Shown here one piece after another: positions 31,210 to 41,956 of a stretch of DNA of 48,822 nt. The DNA comes from a virus. Each line of letters begins with the position of its first letter. Position 1 is the stretch's first letter. The position numbers and the translations under genes were made by a program. Under the pieces are notes generated by a model that saw nothing but the letters and a program-made list of their open reading frames with translations, was not told where the DNA came from and did not search any database. The stretch lies in the UHGV virus genome UHGV-0098481. One strand, written 5' to 3'.

Positions 31210-31568
31210 GCGTTCTCCAGTTCGGTGATTTTTATTCCAAGCCGTCCGCCTGGTACTTTCACACCACGAATTACGCGAATGTCATCGAATTGCTCGTCGT
31301 CTTCCGCAAATCCGGCGTGGATAAGGGAGTCGAGTAAACCTTTCAGGATGTTGTCGAGGTCGCGGCGGCGGGAGTCTGGAACGTCTGCGATGACTTTGAT
31401 GCGGAGTCGTGATTTGGTGAAAATGTCTAACTTGAGTTGGTGGATGATTTGCTGAACGTCTTTTCGGTATTTCTGGCCTTTATCGCTGATGTAGTATTGG
31501 CTTCCCCGTCTTCGCCAGTAGGTATTCACCGACGGCGGATATGGAAGCACAAACTGATATTCTTTCAT
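31206..31568 (-). CDS. rusA: Holliday junction resolvase RusA
   Basis: 120 aa; ...RRRDLDN...GGRL...I.ELE.. signature of RusA. Confidence 0.85.
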   Translation of the reverse strand: MKEYQFVLPYPPSVNTYWRRRGSQYYISDKGQKYRKDVQQIIHQLKLDIFTKSRLRIKVIADVPDSRRRDLDNILKGLLDSLIHAGFAEDDEQFDDIRVIRGVKVPGGRLGIKITELENA

Positions 31569-31855
31569 GGCTTAATCTTCCCCTCCTTCAGCAGTATCGC
31601 CTGCGTCCTGATCACGCCTTCGAGGTGGTAAAGTCTGGCGTCTTTGTTGTCGAGATTATGGGTGCGTCGGTCGATTTCATCGTGACACGCGCTACAAGCC
31701 CATGCGCCGATCAGGTCGTCAGGCTTCATTCCCGTTCCACAAATTCCAGCCATCCGGTAATGTGCCAGAACTGTAGTTTCAGGGTTGCCATTGCATACGC
31801 CGTAAATACGTACCTGGCATTCTCTGCCGCGCGCTTCTTTGCGTAGGTTAGCCAT
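31565..31855 (-). CDS. YbcO/NinX-like protein (DUF1364)
   Basis: 96 aa; MANLRKEARGRECQVRIYGVCNGNPETTVLAH...CSACHDEIDRR matches DLP12 YbcO as remembered. Confidence 0.75.
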   Translation of the reverse strand: MANLRKEARGRECQVRIYGVCNGNPETTVLAHYRMAGICGTGMKPDDLIGAWACSACHDEIDRRTHNLDNKDARLYHLEGVIRTQAILLKEGKIKP

Positions 31856-32576
31856 TAAGCAGCCTCCCCTGTTACTTTCAGCATTCCGTTATCGAGCAGC
31901 TTTCTGGTCAGCCACTGTTGACCACGCCCGGTTATTTTTGTGGTGAACGATATCTGTATTCCGTGATTTGTGTTGACCGCTGTTTCTTTCACTGTGAAAT
32001 AGCCGCGATCCATATATTCCTGCATTGGCACATTGCGCCGGGAACCTGAAGCAATAAGGATTTTGTGATCACGCATCCACGCAAACAGTTTGTTTGGACC
32101 AATACCGACAACCTTTGCAAAGTTTCCAATCAAAATTCCGCTGGCCTCGCCAACGCGATCGGCAAACTCAACTTTAGGTGCGGCAATTGCGAGCTGGTTT
32201 TCCAGCTGCATTTTCTGCTCAGCAAGATCAGCAGCAAGGCGCAACGCTTCCGGTAGCGTTTTGGGGATATTAACCGCAGCTTCTTCAAGCTCTCGCCAAC
32301 GGTCAACAAGGCGAGCGGTGAACTCTGGCGACAACTGGGCAACAACAACAATACTATCTCGCTTACCTTGTTCGCCTTCGAAGACGTAATGCTCGTACTG
32401 AACATTGAACCTAAGTTATTGATTCTTTCGGAAACCTCAATTTGAGGAAGCCGGATAACACCATTTTTAGCCAGCGTTTCGATGGTACGTTTCACATTGT
32501 CATGACGCTTACCCACCAACTCAGCGATTTCAATGCTTGTCATTTTGATGGCATTGCCATTTATTAACTCATTCAT
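31855..32576 (-). pseudogene. Rha-family regulatory protein, interrupted by a -1 frameshift near 32408-32411
   Basis: N-terminal Rha domain in ORF 32130-32576 runs into nonsense after ...RINNLG; correct continuation (FNVQYEHYVFEGEQG...SPEFTARLVDRW...) is in the frame of ORF 31855-32334; consistent with loss of one T in GGTTTC. Confidence 0.65.
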
Positions 32577-32739
32577 CGTCTTCTTCCTCGTACATTGAGC
32601 TATTCGGATCGCTCATCAGCTCTGCGCAGCAATCGGAGCACACGTGAACTTCCAGCATATGCAGCTTCTGACCGCAGTTAGCGCACGTTAAAGCCCGCTC
32701 GACGCTTTCTTGTTCGTAACTTCGATTTGGGTCAATCAC
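32569..32739 (-). CDS. ninF: NinF-like protein
   Basis: 56-aa ORF (GTG start overlapping ninE stop): [34 protein letters not shown]...[20 protein letters not shown], close to lambda NinF as remembered. Confidence 0.65.
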   Translation of the reverse strand: MIDPNRSYEQESVERALTCANCGQKLHMLEVHVCSDCCAELMSDPNSSMYEEEDDE

Positions 32740-32918
32740 CTTGTATTCCTCGCACGTTCTCTAAGCCACCTGATATCCCACAGGTGAGCTGTGTAATTGA
32801 AGGTTTTTACGTCAGATTCTTTTGGGATTGGCTTGCGTTTATTTCTGGAGCGTTTCGTTGGAAGGTATTTGCAGTTTTCACAGATTATGTCGGTGATACT
32901 TCGTCGCTGTCTCGCCAC
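32736..32918 (-). CDS. ninE: NinE-like protein
   Basis: 60 aa, GTG start; [19 protein letters not shown]...[20 protein letters not shown] matches lambda NinE. Confidence 0.8.
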   Translation of the reverse strand: MARQRRSITDIICENCKYLPTKRSRNKRKPIPKESDVKTFNYTAHLWDIRWLRERARNTR

Positions 32919-33058
32919 ACGTCCTCCTTTTCCTGCGGTAGTGGTAACACCCCTGTTGGTGTTCTTTCACACCGGAGACACCATCGATTCCAGTAAGGTT
33001 GATTTGGTCGGAAGCGGTTATCTTCTTTGCATTCACCGCACCGATAACATCGCATCAT
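32885..33058 (-). CDS. ninD: NinD-like zinc-ribbon protein
   Basis: 57-aa ORF below the track cutoff: [16 protein letters not shown]...; ATG overlaps ninC stop (ATGA). Confidence 0.65.
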   Translation of the reverse strand: MMRCYRCGECKEDNRFRPNQPYWNRWCLRCERTPTGVLPLPQEKEDVWRDSDEVSPT

Positions 33059-33927
33059 GCAGCTTCCCTCCCGAAGTCGAAATCAAGCTGCCCTCCAAAT
33101 ATTTCGCATGACTCAGAACAAGAGCCGGTATCGAATCTTTTAGCTCGTACCATGTCCTGATACAGGGCTTGATAATCATTTTCTGAATACATTTTCGCGA
33201 TACCGTCCAGCGACATTCTTCCTCGGTACATAATCTCTTTTGGCGTTTCCCGATGTCCGTCACGCACATGGGATCCCGTGATGACCTCATTAAAAACACG
33301 CTGCAATCCCTCCTCATCTTTGCAGGCAAGTCCGATTTTTTGCGTTGATTTTTTAATGCAGAATATGCAGTTACCGAGATGTTCCGGTATTTGCAAATCG
33401 AATGGTTGTTGCTTCCACCATGCGAGGATATCTTCCTTCTCAAAGTCTGACAGTTCAGCAAGATATCTGATTCCAGGCTTTGGCTTTAGCCGCTTCGGTT
33501 CATCAGCTCTGATGCCAATCCACGTGGTGTAATTCCCTCGCCCGAAATGGTCATCACAGTATTTGGTGAAGGGAACGAGTTTTAATCTGTCAGTGCAGAA
33601 CGCGCCGCCGACGTATGGAGTGCCATATTTCTTTACCATATCGATAAATGGCTTCAGAACAGGCATTCGCGTCTGAATATCCTTTGGTTCCCATACCGTA
33701 TAACCATTTGGCTGTCCAAGCTCCGGGTTGATATCAACCTGCAATACGGTGAGCGGTATATCCCAGAACTTCACAACTTCCCTGACAAACCGATATGTCA
33801 TTGGATGTTCACAACCTGTATCCATGAAAACGTAATGCACGTCTTTACCTGCCCGTCGCTTTTGCTCCATTAGCCAGAGCAAATATGCTGACGTCCTGCC
33901 ACCGGAGAAACTAACGACATTTATCAT
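33055..33927 (-). CDS. ninC: NinC (PAPS-reductase-like fold)
   Basis: Start at [17 protein letters not shown] (PP-loop SGGxxS); matches lambda NinC as remembered; overlaps ninB stop. Confidence 0.85.
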   Translation of the reverse strand: MINVVSFSGGRTSAYLLWLMEQKRRAGKDVHYVFMDTGCEHPMTYRFVREVVKFWDIPLTVLQVDINPELGQPNGYTVWEPKDIQTRMPVLKPFIDMVKKYGTPYVGGAFCTDRLKLVPFTKYCDDHFGRGNYTTWIGIRADEPKRLKPKPGIRYLAELSDFEKEDILAWWKQQPFDLQIPEHLGNCIFCIKKSTQKIGLACKDEEGLQRVFNEVITGSHVRDGHRETPKEIMYRGRMSLDGIAKMYSENDYQALYQDMVRAKRFDTGSCSESCEIFGGQLDFDFGREAA

Positions 33928-34364
33928 GCAGCCCTGTCTCCCCATCTCGCTTTCCACTCCAGAGCCAGTCGCGCTTCGTCTGACCACTTAACGCCACGCT
34001 CTGTACCGAATGCCTGTATAAGCTCTAATAGCTCCGCAAATTCGTTTACACGCATCCTGCTGGTTGACTGTCCTATTACCACAAAGCCATTCCCGGCAAG
34101 GTTAGGAACAACGTCCTGCTGCTTTAATGCTGCGGTAAACACACACTTCCAGCTTTCTGCATCCAGCCAGCGACCATGCCATTCAACCTGACGCGAAACG
34201 TCACCAAGGCAAGCCCAAAGCTTCCGATTTTGGTCTAAGCTGCGGTTGCGTTCCTGAATGGTTACTACGATTGGTTTGGTTGGGTCTGGAAGAATTTGCT
34301 GTACCGCGTGAATAGCGTTTTGCTGATGTGCTGGAGATCGAATTTCAAAGGTTAGTTTTTTCAT
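33924..34364 (-). CDS. ninB: NinB (Orf recombination mediator)
   Basis: Start at MKKLTFEIRSPAHQQNAIHAVQQILPD; matches lambda NinB. Confidence 0.9.
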   Translation of the reverse strand: MKKLTFEIRSPAHQQNAIHAVQQILPDPTKPIVVTIQERNRSLDQNRKLWACLGDVSRQVEWHGRWLDAESWKCVFTAALKQQDVVPNLAGNGFVVIGQSTSRMRVNEFAELLELIQAFGTERGVKWSDEARLALEWKARWGDRAA

Positions 34365-34441
34365 GACTTCCCTCTCCCCCAAATAAAAAGGCCTGCGATT
34401 ACCAGCAGGCCTGTTATTAACTCAGTGATGTAGATGGTCAT

Positions 34442-36322
34442 TTAATACTCCGTCACGTTTTCCTGTCGCCACGCCTCGTCATATTCCGATTTCGGCATAT
34501 TGGCGATGTAGCTATATGGCGATCCTGATTCAAGTTGCAGGAACTGGTGCGATTGCTCGTCAAGGAACAACGGGACACCACCTTCCCAACCTTCGCCGTT
34601 ACGTTGTTTTTCAAGCATCAAAACAGATGCCGGAGATGCCAGTAGCTGTTCGTCCTTCTCTGACATCTTTTCACCACTCTGAACTCTCTGTAACGCTCTC
34701 TCGCGAGCCTTGTTACGCCAGATGATGAAAAGGTTGTCTGTTAGGTCTGTTATCGCTCCAGAGCCTTTTACGTCCATTTTCCCGGTTGGTTTTTCTTCGC
34801 TGTCTCCTTTTCGCGAGTGAGTAACGAGAATGACGTGGGAGTTTGTTTTGTTTTTGAAGTCGCAAATCGAGTCAACAAACGCCTTCTGCCCGTTATAGTC
34901 ATCGTCGCCTATGCCACATTTCATCAGGCTGTCGATGATGAATAACTGGATCCCGTATCGGCGGCGAGCGTAGTCGAATATTTCGATCAGCCTGTCGGCT
35001 TTCGCCGTTCCGGTCAGGCCAAACACCCAAAGTCTTTCGTCATAAAATTTAAATGCAGAGTCAATTTCCAGCACTGGCGGCATCTTGCAGCACGTCGCCT
35101 GACGGGTAAGTCGCTTAAGGAGAATGCCTGGCTTCAGCTCAAGTGATGCAATGCAGGTCTTTACACCCTGACGCATTGCCTCAAGTGCCATATGCCCGAC
35201 AACCTCCGTTTTTCCGTGACCGTTCACACCATTGACCAGCGTCAACTCGGCCTCACGGAACTGGAATTTATCTGCCAGAGATTCCCACGGTGGATTAAAC
35301 AGATATTGCTGCTTGCCGTAGAAAGCGTTGATAGTGTCCTGGTAAAACTCTCGCGCGCTGTAGAGTTCTTCAGGGTCGAAGTAGGATGCCGTGCCGATGT
35401 ACTGCCAGATTTCATCCTCGGTAACACCGTTCATCAGGCATTCGTTGATGTCTTTGTACGGCAGAGTAACAAGACGGCAACGATGTTCACCGAGTCGGCT
35501 TGCGATTTCCCTTGCGGCTTCACGACCAACATCATCAACATCCATCGAGATGAATATTTCCTCAAACCTGTCGAGGTTGTGATACTCAAACTCAATCCAC
35601 TGTTGCTTAGCGCCTTTCCCGCCACCAAACGGCACGGATAACGCCGAGATGCCGTATTGCGCATAGCTCATACAATCAATTTCGCCTTCGCAAAGTACAA
35701 CCGCCCTCACGCCAGCGTCCAGAGCCTGCCATCCGAACAGACAAGGTTCGCAATCACCTTCTGCCATAATGACTTTCTTCCCGTCCGGGCGCTCAGTGCT
35801 GATTCGCTTGACCTGCAACAACTCACCATCGCGTTTGTACGGAAGCACCAGAGCATCCAGTTCTCGTTCTCCATTCCACACCTTTCCGCTGACAACCTCG
35901 TAGCGCTTTACGACTTCTGGCGATATGCCACGCGATTGCAGGTACTCAAGATGGGATTCTGTTCTGGTAACGTAGCGGGCGATTTTCTTGCGATCAGGTC
36001 TGGAGAATTTCTTCTCACGTTTGGCATCGAAATGGTGATCGTCATCCTTGATACCGAGAAATGCTTTCGCTTCCTGCATAGCCTGATGCAGGTTAATTCC
36101 ACGACATGCCATCCACAAATCAAGCATGTCACCGCCGTCTCCCTCAGCGAAATCAGCCCATTTTTTCTTGCCGCTAAGGTTGACCTTAAGGCTGTTTCCC
36201 TTGTCACCGTTGACGTTACCGGCAACCCACTCATGCCCCTCTTTCTTGCCGTTTGGCAACAGGTGCGGAGCCACCCTGTCAACCTGCGCCCAAAGCAGGT
36301 TGCTAAGTTCACTTGGCCTCAT
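34442..36322 (-). CDS. Bifunctional primase-helicase (toprim primase N-terminus, SF4 DnaB-like helicase C-terminus)
   Basis: 626 aa; C-terminal Walker A GVNGHGKT and helicase motifs; position downstream of O-like gene. Confidence 0.75.
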   Translation of the reverse strand: MRPSELSNLLWAQVDRVAPHLLPNGKKEGHEWVAGNVNGDKGNSLKVNLSGKKKWADFAEGDGGDMLDLWMACRGINLHQAMQEAKAFLGIKDDDHHFDAKREKKFSRPDRKKIARYVTRTESHLEYLQSRGISPEVVKRYEVVSGKVWNGERELDALVLPYKRDGELLQVKRISTERPDGKKVIMAEGDCEPCLFGWQALDAGVRAVVLCEGEIDCMSYAQYGISALSVPFGGGKGAKQQWIEFEYHNLDRFEEIFISMDVDDVGREAAREIASRLGEHRCRLVTLPYKDINECLMNGVTEDEIWQYIGTASYFDPEELYSAREFYQDTINAFYGKQQYLFNPPWESLADKFQFREAELTLVNGVNGHGKTEVVGHMALEAMRQGVKTCIASLELKPGILLKRLTRQATCCKMPPVLEIDSAFKFYDERLWVFGLTGTAKADRLIEIFDYARRRYGIQLFIIDSLMKCGIGDDDYNGQKAFVDSICDFKNKTNSHVILVTHSRKGDSEEKPTGKMDVKGSGAITDLTDNLFIIWRNKARERALQRVQSGEKMSEKDEQLLASPASVLMLEKQRNGEGWEGGVPLFLDEQSHQFLQLESGSPYSYIANMPKSEYDEAWRQENVTEY

Positions 36323-36429
36323 GATTCCCTCAGATTGAGATTTTTAAACCAGAAATCGACAAACGAAATACTTAACCAGCCGTGGTTATAACCAGCGACC
36401 AGTAGCGATTTGATTTTTGATTTCATGGT

Positions 36430-37290
36430 TCACCTGTCGAAAAACACGTAGCCAGTTTTCGATACGGTGATTGCGGATGATGGTTTGGATTGTGGTTGAA
36501 TGGTTTCTGGCTTTTCGTCGTTCCAGCGCTGACCGTTCAGGTAGCTCGATGGTAACAACCTGTCGAATCCGAACTGCTTACCATTCCTGCATGCGATGTC
36601 TTCTGCCAGCATCGTGGCAAACTCGCTTGCCGTACCCCTTGTAGTTTTACGCCATTCCCTGAACTGTGTTCTGAATGCCGAAGCCGCGTTTTTCTTCCCG
36701 GCTTTCCGCATGCCTGCACACCAGAATATTTCCTCGAATGCCTTGTCGGTTTCTTCGTGACGGTCAGGTGATTTTTCACACTCCGTCCGAACACTTTCGG
36801 ACATAGTGTTTTTATTATTTCTTTTTTCTTTTGTAATAGTTTCTTTTGTGTGTCCCTGTTTTGGTGACAGCGCTGTCACCGTTTTGGTGACACTTTTTGT
36901 CACCAATGCAGTGACATTATCACCAGAGTAGTGACACCCTTCGATTTGCCATTCTTCGATGTTCTTGTTAGGACCGATTTGCTGGCCTTCGCGAAGGATA
37001 ACCTTCATCGCGATAAGCTCATTCTTGGCCTTGTTTACCTTCTGTCTTGGCAGCCTGGTAATTTGAGCTAACTGACTATCAGAGATGCGATCCATCTTTT
37101 TACCGTAGCCGTATGTTTTACGGCATATGGCGTGGGCAACCTTGCTCTGATTTTTCGTTAAATCTGCGCCGATAAGCTCTTCATACAGGGCATTTGCAAG
37201 ACGGGTATAACCATCTTCAACTTCTGCCACACGACGCTCCACAGGCCGTTGTGAAGGCCTTAAATGTGTTACGGTTGCAAGATTACTCAT
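36430..37290 (-). CDS. Replication initiator, lambda O-like
   Basis: 286 aa; N-terminal ...[14 protein letters not shown]...[10 protein letters not shown]... and C-terminal ...[41 protein letters not shown].. match lambda O as remembered; internal iterons. Confidence 0.8.
   Translation of the reverse strand: MSNLATVTHLRPSQRPVERRVAEVEDGYTRLANALYEELIGADLTKNQSKVAHAICRKTYGYGKKMDRISDSQLAQITRLPRQKVNKAKNELIAMKVILREGQQIGPNKNIEEWQIEGCHYSGDNVTALVTKSVTKTVTALSPKQGHTKETITKEKRNNKNTMSESVRTECEKSPDRHEETDKAFEEIFWCAGMRKAGKKNAASAFRTQFREWRKTTRGTASEFATMLAEDIACRNGKQFGFDRLLPSSYLNGQRWNDEKPETIQPQSKPSSAITVSKTGYVFFDR
36808..36940. repeat. Origin of replication: AT-rich tract plus GGTGACA/TGTCACC iterons inside the O-like gene
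   Basis: Five or more copies of the GTGACA/TGTCAC motif at ~36858-36940 next to an AT-rich stretch (36808-36840), as in lambdoid ori. Confidence 0.6.
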
Positions 37291-37429
37291 GACCTTTCTC
37301 CTTCTGCATCAGCTTCACTTTTTCCAACTCAGCCCGGAATCGACCAGGCTGCTTGAAGCTGGACAGGAAGCGATCACGTAGTATGTGTTTGTGAATTTTG
37401 TCCTGGTAAGGACTGAGTTGTTTTGTCAT
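37283..37429 (-). CDS. Small hypothetical ORF (48 aa) between cII-like and O-like genes
   Basis: ATG preceded by CAGGAG; stop overlaps the O-like start; below the ORF-track cutoff. Confidence 0.3.
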   Translation of the reverse strand: MTKQLSPYQDKIHKHILRDRFLSSFKQPGRFRAELEKVKLMQKEKGHE

Positions 37430-37461
37430 AATGACTCCTGTTGATAGATCCAGTAATGACC

Positions 37462-37761
37462 TCAGAATTCCATCTGGATTTGTTCAGAACGCTCGGTCTT
37501 GCACACCGGGCGTTTTTTATTGGTGAGTCCATCAAGCGCATACTTAAAAGCCCTGCTAATCGGACTGATGTCTGATGCCATTCCGAAAGCACACAAGACC
37601 GAAGCAATAAATCTCCAGTCCGTTCTGCTTATCTTCGATTCATGACAGCCAATCATCTTTGCCAGACCGCGCTGGGTAAGCGTTGACAGGTTGATGAGTA
37701 AATCTGTTTCTGCGCGATCAACGTCACGCTGTGATAGTTTGCTGTAACTTGTTCTTTCCAT
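37462..37761 (-). CDS. CII-like transcriptional activator
   Basis: 99 aa; C-terminus ...[18 protein letters not shown] matches lambda CII, N-terminal part diverged; position after cro. Confidence 0.7.
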   Translation of the reverse strand: MERTSYSKLSQRDVDRAETDLLINLSTLTQRGLAKMIGCHESKISRTDWRFIASVLCAFGMASDISPISRAFKYALDGLTNKKRPVCKTERSEQIQMEF

Positions 37762-37899
37762 TTCTTAAGATTTCCAATAGTGAATAGTTAGTTGAAAGGT
37801 ATGCGTGGAAACGCATATGGCCTTAGTTGGTCAGATATATTGGGACTCGCTTTGTCAGCGACGTAGGACGAATGTCCATTGTGAAAATAGCGGTGTTAC

Positions 37900-38914
<1,015 letters not shown>

Positions 38915-38991
38915 GGCCAGCAACGGATCACAACAAACACATGGGGCGGCGGATTAAGGGTGATGGAGAATCGAAATAAGTTGAGGTCAAC

Positions 38992-39147
38992 ATGAACACG
39001 TTCAGCATAATCGCGATACCTTTTTTTGCCCTTTCAGTGGTTCTGTTGACTCTTGGCGCTACCAGGAAGAACCAAGCCAGCTTCATCGTTGGCGGCGTGT
39101 TTATGGCGTCATGCGTGGTTAATGCCATTATCGGCATGTCTCTTTGA
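38992..39147 (+). CDS. Small two-TM membrane protein (51 aa) immediately downstream of cI
   Basis: GAGG 6 nt upstream of ATG; MNTFSIIAIPFFALSVVLLTLGATRKNQASFIVGGVFMASCVVNAIIGMSL; below the ORF-track cutoff. Confidence 0.45.
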   Translation: MNTFSIIAIPFFALSVVLLTLGATRKNQASFIVGGVFMASCVVNAIIGMSL

Positions 39148-39339
39148 GCGCTATGAGATCAGGCATCCTCGTTACTTTGTCATGTGTGACAGCCTGGTAT
39201 GCACTCTGCGAGCTTTGATGTGGTTTACCACTTTAATAGTCACCGTATCACTAAACTGATTAGCTTTACTCATACTCTTGTGGATTCGCTATTTCTGATG
39301 TCAATGCAAAAAAATACTAAGGAAACAAAAAGGATACTT

Positions 39340-39606
39340 ATGTCAGATAACACTATTAAAATCATACCTCAGCACATGACCGCCACATCAGTTCTTATTA
39401 CGCCTGATCGTGCTGAAACAATCATTACTTTTTACCGCCATGAATTTGAGCATCACATGCAGTCTGATGAGCAAGGAAATAATAGCTTCCAAGTAAAAGT
39501 TGAGTTGACCCCTAACATGTCAGTCTCAATGAGCCCGGATCAAGCTGTTGCATTAGTAAAATCATTACAGGTAGCTCTCAGGGATAATGGGCTATGGAAA
39601 GACTGA
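39340..39606 (+). CDS. Hypothetical protein (88 aa) in the rexAB-equivalent position
   Basis: ORF 39199-39606, start chosen at MSDNTIKII with AAGGA upstream. Confidence 0.45.
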   Translation: MSDNTIKIIPQHMTATSVLITPDRAETIITFYRHEFEHHMQSDEQGNNSFQVKVELTPNMSVSMSPDQAVALVKSLQVALRDNGLWKD

Positions 39607-40244
39607 AGCCAGTTTCTTCAGTTCAACCTACCTCAGGAACAACATCATCAGTTCTTCCAAGTATTATAGTTAGTGCAACCCTAGCAGCGACAACCGTTTC
39701 TCCTTATGGGGATCCATCTCAGTACCAAAGTATTGGTATTGATGCTAAGGTATCAAATAGAGTTTCATACGCCATGGACGAAACGGGTTTGCGCCCAAGT
39801 AAGGAAGATGTAGCGATGAAGAGTGATACCCTGGAGGTAAGCGTGAGCGGAATGTCCAGAGAAGAACTTGACGCAAAGCTTTCACAAAACAAATCAGAGG
39901 TAGAGTCTATTGCTGCGGAAATGCGTCGCGAATCAGCTGACTTTAAAACCTATTATACTCAGCAATTTTCTTCTATTGAGAGAGGTATTGCTGAAATTAA
40001 AGGTGAAATCGGCGGTTTGAAAACGGGACTTACAACGACTCAGTGGGCGATGGCCGTTGGCTTGACTTTAGTTACTGTGATTCTGTCTGGCGTGATGTTA
40101 GCCTCAAGTTGGATTATCTCCGGCAATGACAAGTCACCATCAGTAACCAGCCCGGCTCCAATTATAATACAGGTACCGACACAGCAACCATTAACGAGCG
40201 CTCCAACTAACCAATCGTCATCACAACAAGCTCCTAAGCAATAA
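39594..40244 (+). CDS. Hypothetical coiled-coil protein with C-terminal TM helix
   Basis: 216 aa; central heptad-like region, TM segment WAMAVGLTLVTVILSGVMLASSWII, Ser/Pro/Gln-rich tail; start uncertain. Confidence 0.55.
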   Translation: MERLKPVSSVQPTSGTTSSVLPSIIVSATLAATTVSPYGDPSQYQSIGIDAKVSNRVSYAMDETGLRPSKEDVAMKSDTLEVSVSGMSREELDAKLSQNKSEVESIAAEMRRESADFKTYYTQQFSSIERGIAEIKGEIGGLKTGLTTTQWAMAVGLTLVTVILSGVMLASSWIISGNDKSPSVTSPAPIIIQVPTQQPLTSAPTNQSSSQQAPKQ

Positions 40245-40248
40245 ATAA

Positions 40249-40276
40249 ACCCGGCCACCGCGCCGGGTTTTCTTTG
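40249..40276 (+). terminator. Rho-independent terminator ending the cI-side operon (tIMM equivalent)
   Basis: cccggcc...gccggg GC-rich hairpin followed by TTTTCTTT. Confidence 0.75.
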
Positions 40277-40425
40277 CCTCACGTTCGCCCCAAAACACAT
40301 AACCAATTGTATTTATTTGGAAATTAATAGATACAACTCACTAAACATCGCAATTCAGATCTCTCGATCACCTTCCCAATCCACACAACCCTGCAAAAAA
40401 TAAATCTATATAAAAAACATACAGA

Positions 40426-40495
40426 TAACCATCTGCGGTGATAAATTATCTCTGGCGGTGTTGACATAAATACCACTGGCGGTGATACTAAACAC
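40426..40495 (+). promoter_or_regulatory. oL operators and pL promoter (lambda type)
   Basis: ACATCTGCGGTGATAAATTATCTCTGGCGGTGTTGACATAAATACCACTGGCGGTGATACT: three operator sites, -35 TTGACA and -10 GATACT, as in lambda pL. Confidence 0.85.
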
Positions 40496-40557
40496 ATCAG
40501 CAGGACGCACTACTCACCAGGGCGGTGAATATACAACGATTCGAATATGAATCTACG

Positions 40558-40572
40558 GCGCTGACAAAGCGC
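40558..40572 (+). promoter_or_regulatory. nutL boxB-like hairpin (P22 type)
   Basis: GCGCTGACAAAGCGC stem-loop ~60 nt downstream of pL; matches the P22 boxB as remembered. Confidence 0.5.
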
Positions 40573-40737
40573 AATAACCAAAGTGAACTTTGGGGTGTGG
40601 TGAAGGGTTCATGGACGGGAATATGTCGCACGTAAAGCGGCGAGGCCTGCGGGACTATTGCCGAATTGAAGTAGGCCGAAACAGGTCGAAATGGGTCTCC
40701 CACCTACCACACCACCAAAGTTCATCAGGAGGTCTAT

Positions 40738-41121
40738 ATGACACGCAGAACTCAGTTCAAAGGCAATTCACGTTCTCGTCGTCGTGAGCGTTTAAAGGCA
40801 AAGGCATTAGCTAACGGCGTACTGGCCCGCGAAGAAGCAATAAGTTCAGAAGTATTACACCGCCCTACTCTAAGCAGAGCGCAGATTCAGGCTAAAGGTA
40901 CTCACGAAACGCCTGAGCGCATAGAAGACGCTAAGCCAATTAAGTTCATGGCACAGGACGTGATCTGGCAACAGAAAGAATACAGACGCAATCTGGAGAG
41001 AGCGGCCATTGTGTACGCGAATGAGTTTGGGCATAGGCAACCAGAAACTGGTGTATGTCTTCCAAATGTAGCTCTTTACGCGGCAGGCTACAGGAAATCA
41101 AAACAACTGACAGCAAGGTGA
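40738..41121 (+). CDS. N-type antiterminator (P22 gp24-like)
   Basis: AGGAGG 7 nt upstream; arginine-rich motif RSRRRERLKAKA near N-terminus; C-terminus ...LPNVALYAAGYRKSKQLTAR resembles P22 gp24. Confidence 0.7.
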   Translation: MTRRTQFKGNSRSRRRERLKAKALANGVLAREEAISSEVLHRPTLSRAQIQAKGTHETPERIEDAKPIKFMAQDVIWQQKEYRRNLERAAIVYANEFGHRQPETGVCLPNVALYAAGYRKSKQLTAR

Positions 41122-41179
41122 CTTGTGTTGGTCGCCAGAAAATGAAATTAGGCAGCAAACCACTTATTTGAGGTGATAT

Positions 41180-41431
41180 ATGGAATTTCATGAAAGTGCG
41201 ATTTGTGATTTTCGCGCTAACGCAAATTCAGTAAAACCACAGCCAATTGCAGTTCTTTTTAAAACAATGGGTGCGTGGGCTGTTTTATGCTTCGCCGCTG
41301 ATGACACTGACGCAAGAATGGCAATAGGCCAAGAGATGGAGATGGACCCGACAAACGATGAATTCATAATTTATGGTGCTCCATCTAATTACTTACTTGA
41401 TACCTGCAACATTTACAACAAGGCTGCCTGA
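41180..41431 (+). CDS. Hypothetical early protein
   Basis: 83-aa ORF with GAGG upstream in the pL operon. Confidence 0.5.
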   Translation: MEFHESAICDFRANANSVKPQPIAVLFKTMGAWAVLCFAADDTDARMAIGQEMEMDPTNDEFIIYGAPSNYLLDTCNIYNKAA

Positions 41432-41446
41432 TGGTGGCCTTTATTT

Positions 41447-41761
41447 TTGGCACAAACAACAGAGGCTAACATGGAATTTAAAGGTACTGAAGGTAAGTGG
41501 GAAATAATGATGGATGGCGATGAGATTAAAATCATCCAGGCAGACTCACTTGAAAATGGCGCAGGCTGGCGTTCGTATATTGCAATCTGTGAGGAAGTTC
41601 AATGCATTGAAGATGCCAATCTAATAGCGGCAGCACCAGACCTTTTAAATGCCCTGCAAGCGATGCTAAACAAGGCATACAAGCAAAACTGGAATGACCA
41701 TTATCCTGATGAAGTATCGAAAGCACAGTCAGCAATCAGCAAAGCTCTTGGGGACGAATGA
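41447..41761 (+). CDS. Hypothetical early protein
   Basis: 104-aa ORF, co-directional; start uncertain. Confidence 0.5.
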   Translation: MAQTTEANMEFKGTEGKWEIMMDGDEIKIIQADSLENGAGWRSYIAICEEVQCIEDANLIAAAPDLLNALQAMLNKAYKQNWNDHYPDEVSKAQSAISKALGDE

Positions 41762-41919
41762 TGAATAAGAAATACATCGTTGAAGTTATAGAGCGAGAAA
41801 CGAAAGAAGTAATTAAACATTTCGAATTTGATAATTATAGAAAAGCTGACTGCGTCGAAGAAGGATTGTTGCGACAAAGTAATCTCGAAAAATTTGATGT
41901 TGTCATGCGATGCGAATAA
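41758..41919 (+). CDS. Small hypothetical protein (~53 aa)
   Basis: Start overlaps upstream stop (ATGATG); below the ORF-track cutoff. Confidence 0.35.
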   Translation: MMNKKYIVEVIERETKEVIKHFEFDNYRKADCVEEGLLRQSNLEKFDVVMRCE

Positions 41920-41956
41920 GCGCCTATAGCAGATTTACGAGTCTGCTATGTGAGCA

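Noticed and set aside
35657-36391. 244-aa plus-strand ORF antisense to the primase-helicase gene
   Set aside because: Fully contained in the opposite strand of a gene with clear helicase motifs.
36858-36940. Possible CRISPR-like repeats
   Set aside because: Repeats are short GTGACA/TGTCAC iterons without regular spacers, located inside the O-like gene next to an AT-rich tract; read as a replication origin. No CRISPR array seen anywhere in the window.
37374-37607. 77-aa minus-strand ORF overlapping the cII-like gene
   Set aside because: Alternate frame of the cII-like gene region; no support as a separate gene.
38928-39259. ORFs 38928-39137 (-) and 39053-39259 (+)
   Set aside because: Both lack convincing start context; the 51-aa plus-strand ORF at 38992-39147 with a ribosome-binding site is preferred, though the choice is uncertain without conservation data.
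38950-40250. Lambda rexA/rexB homologues downstream of cI
   Set aside because: Looked for and not found; the proteins encoded here do not resemble RexA or RexB.
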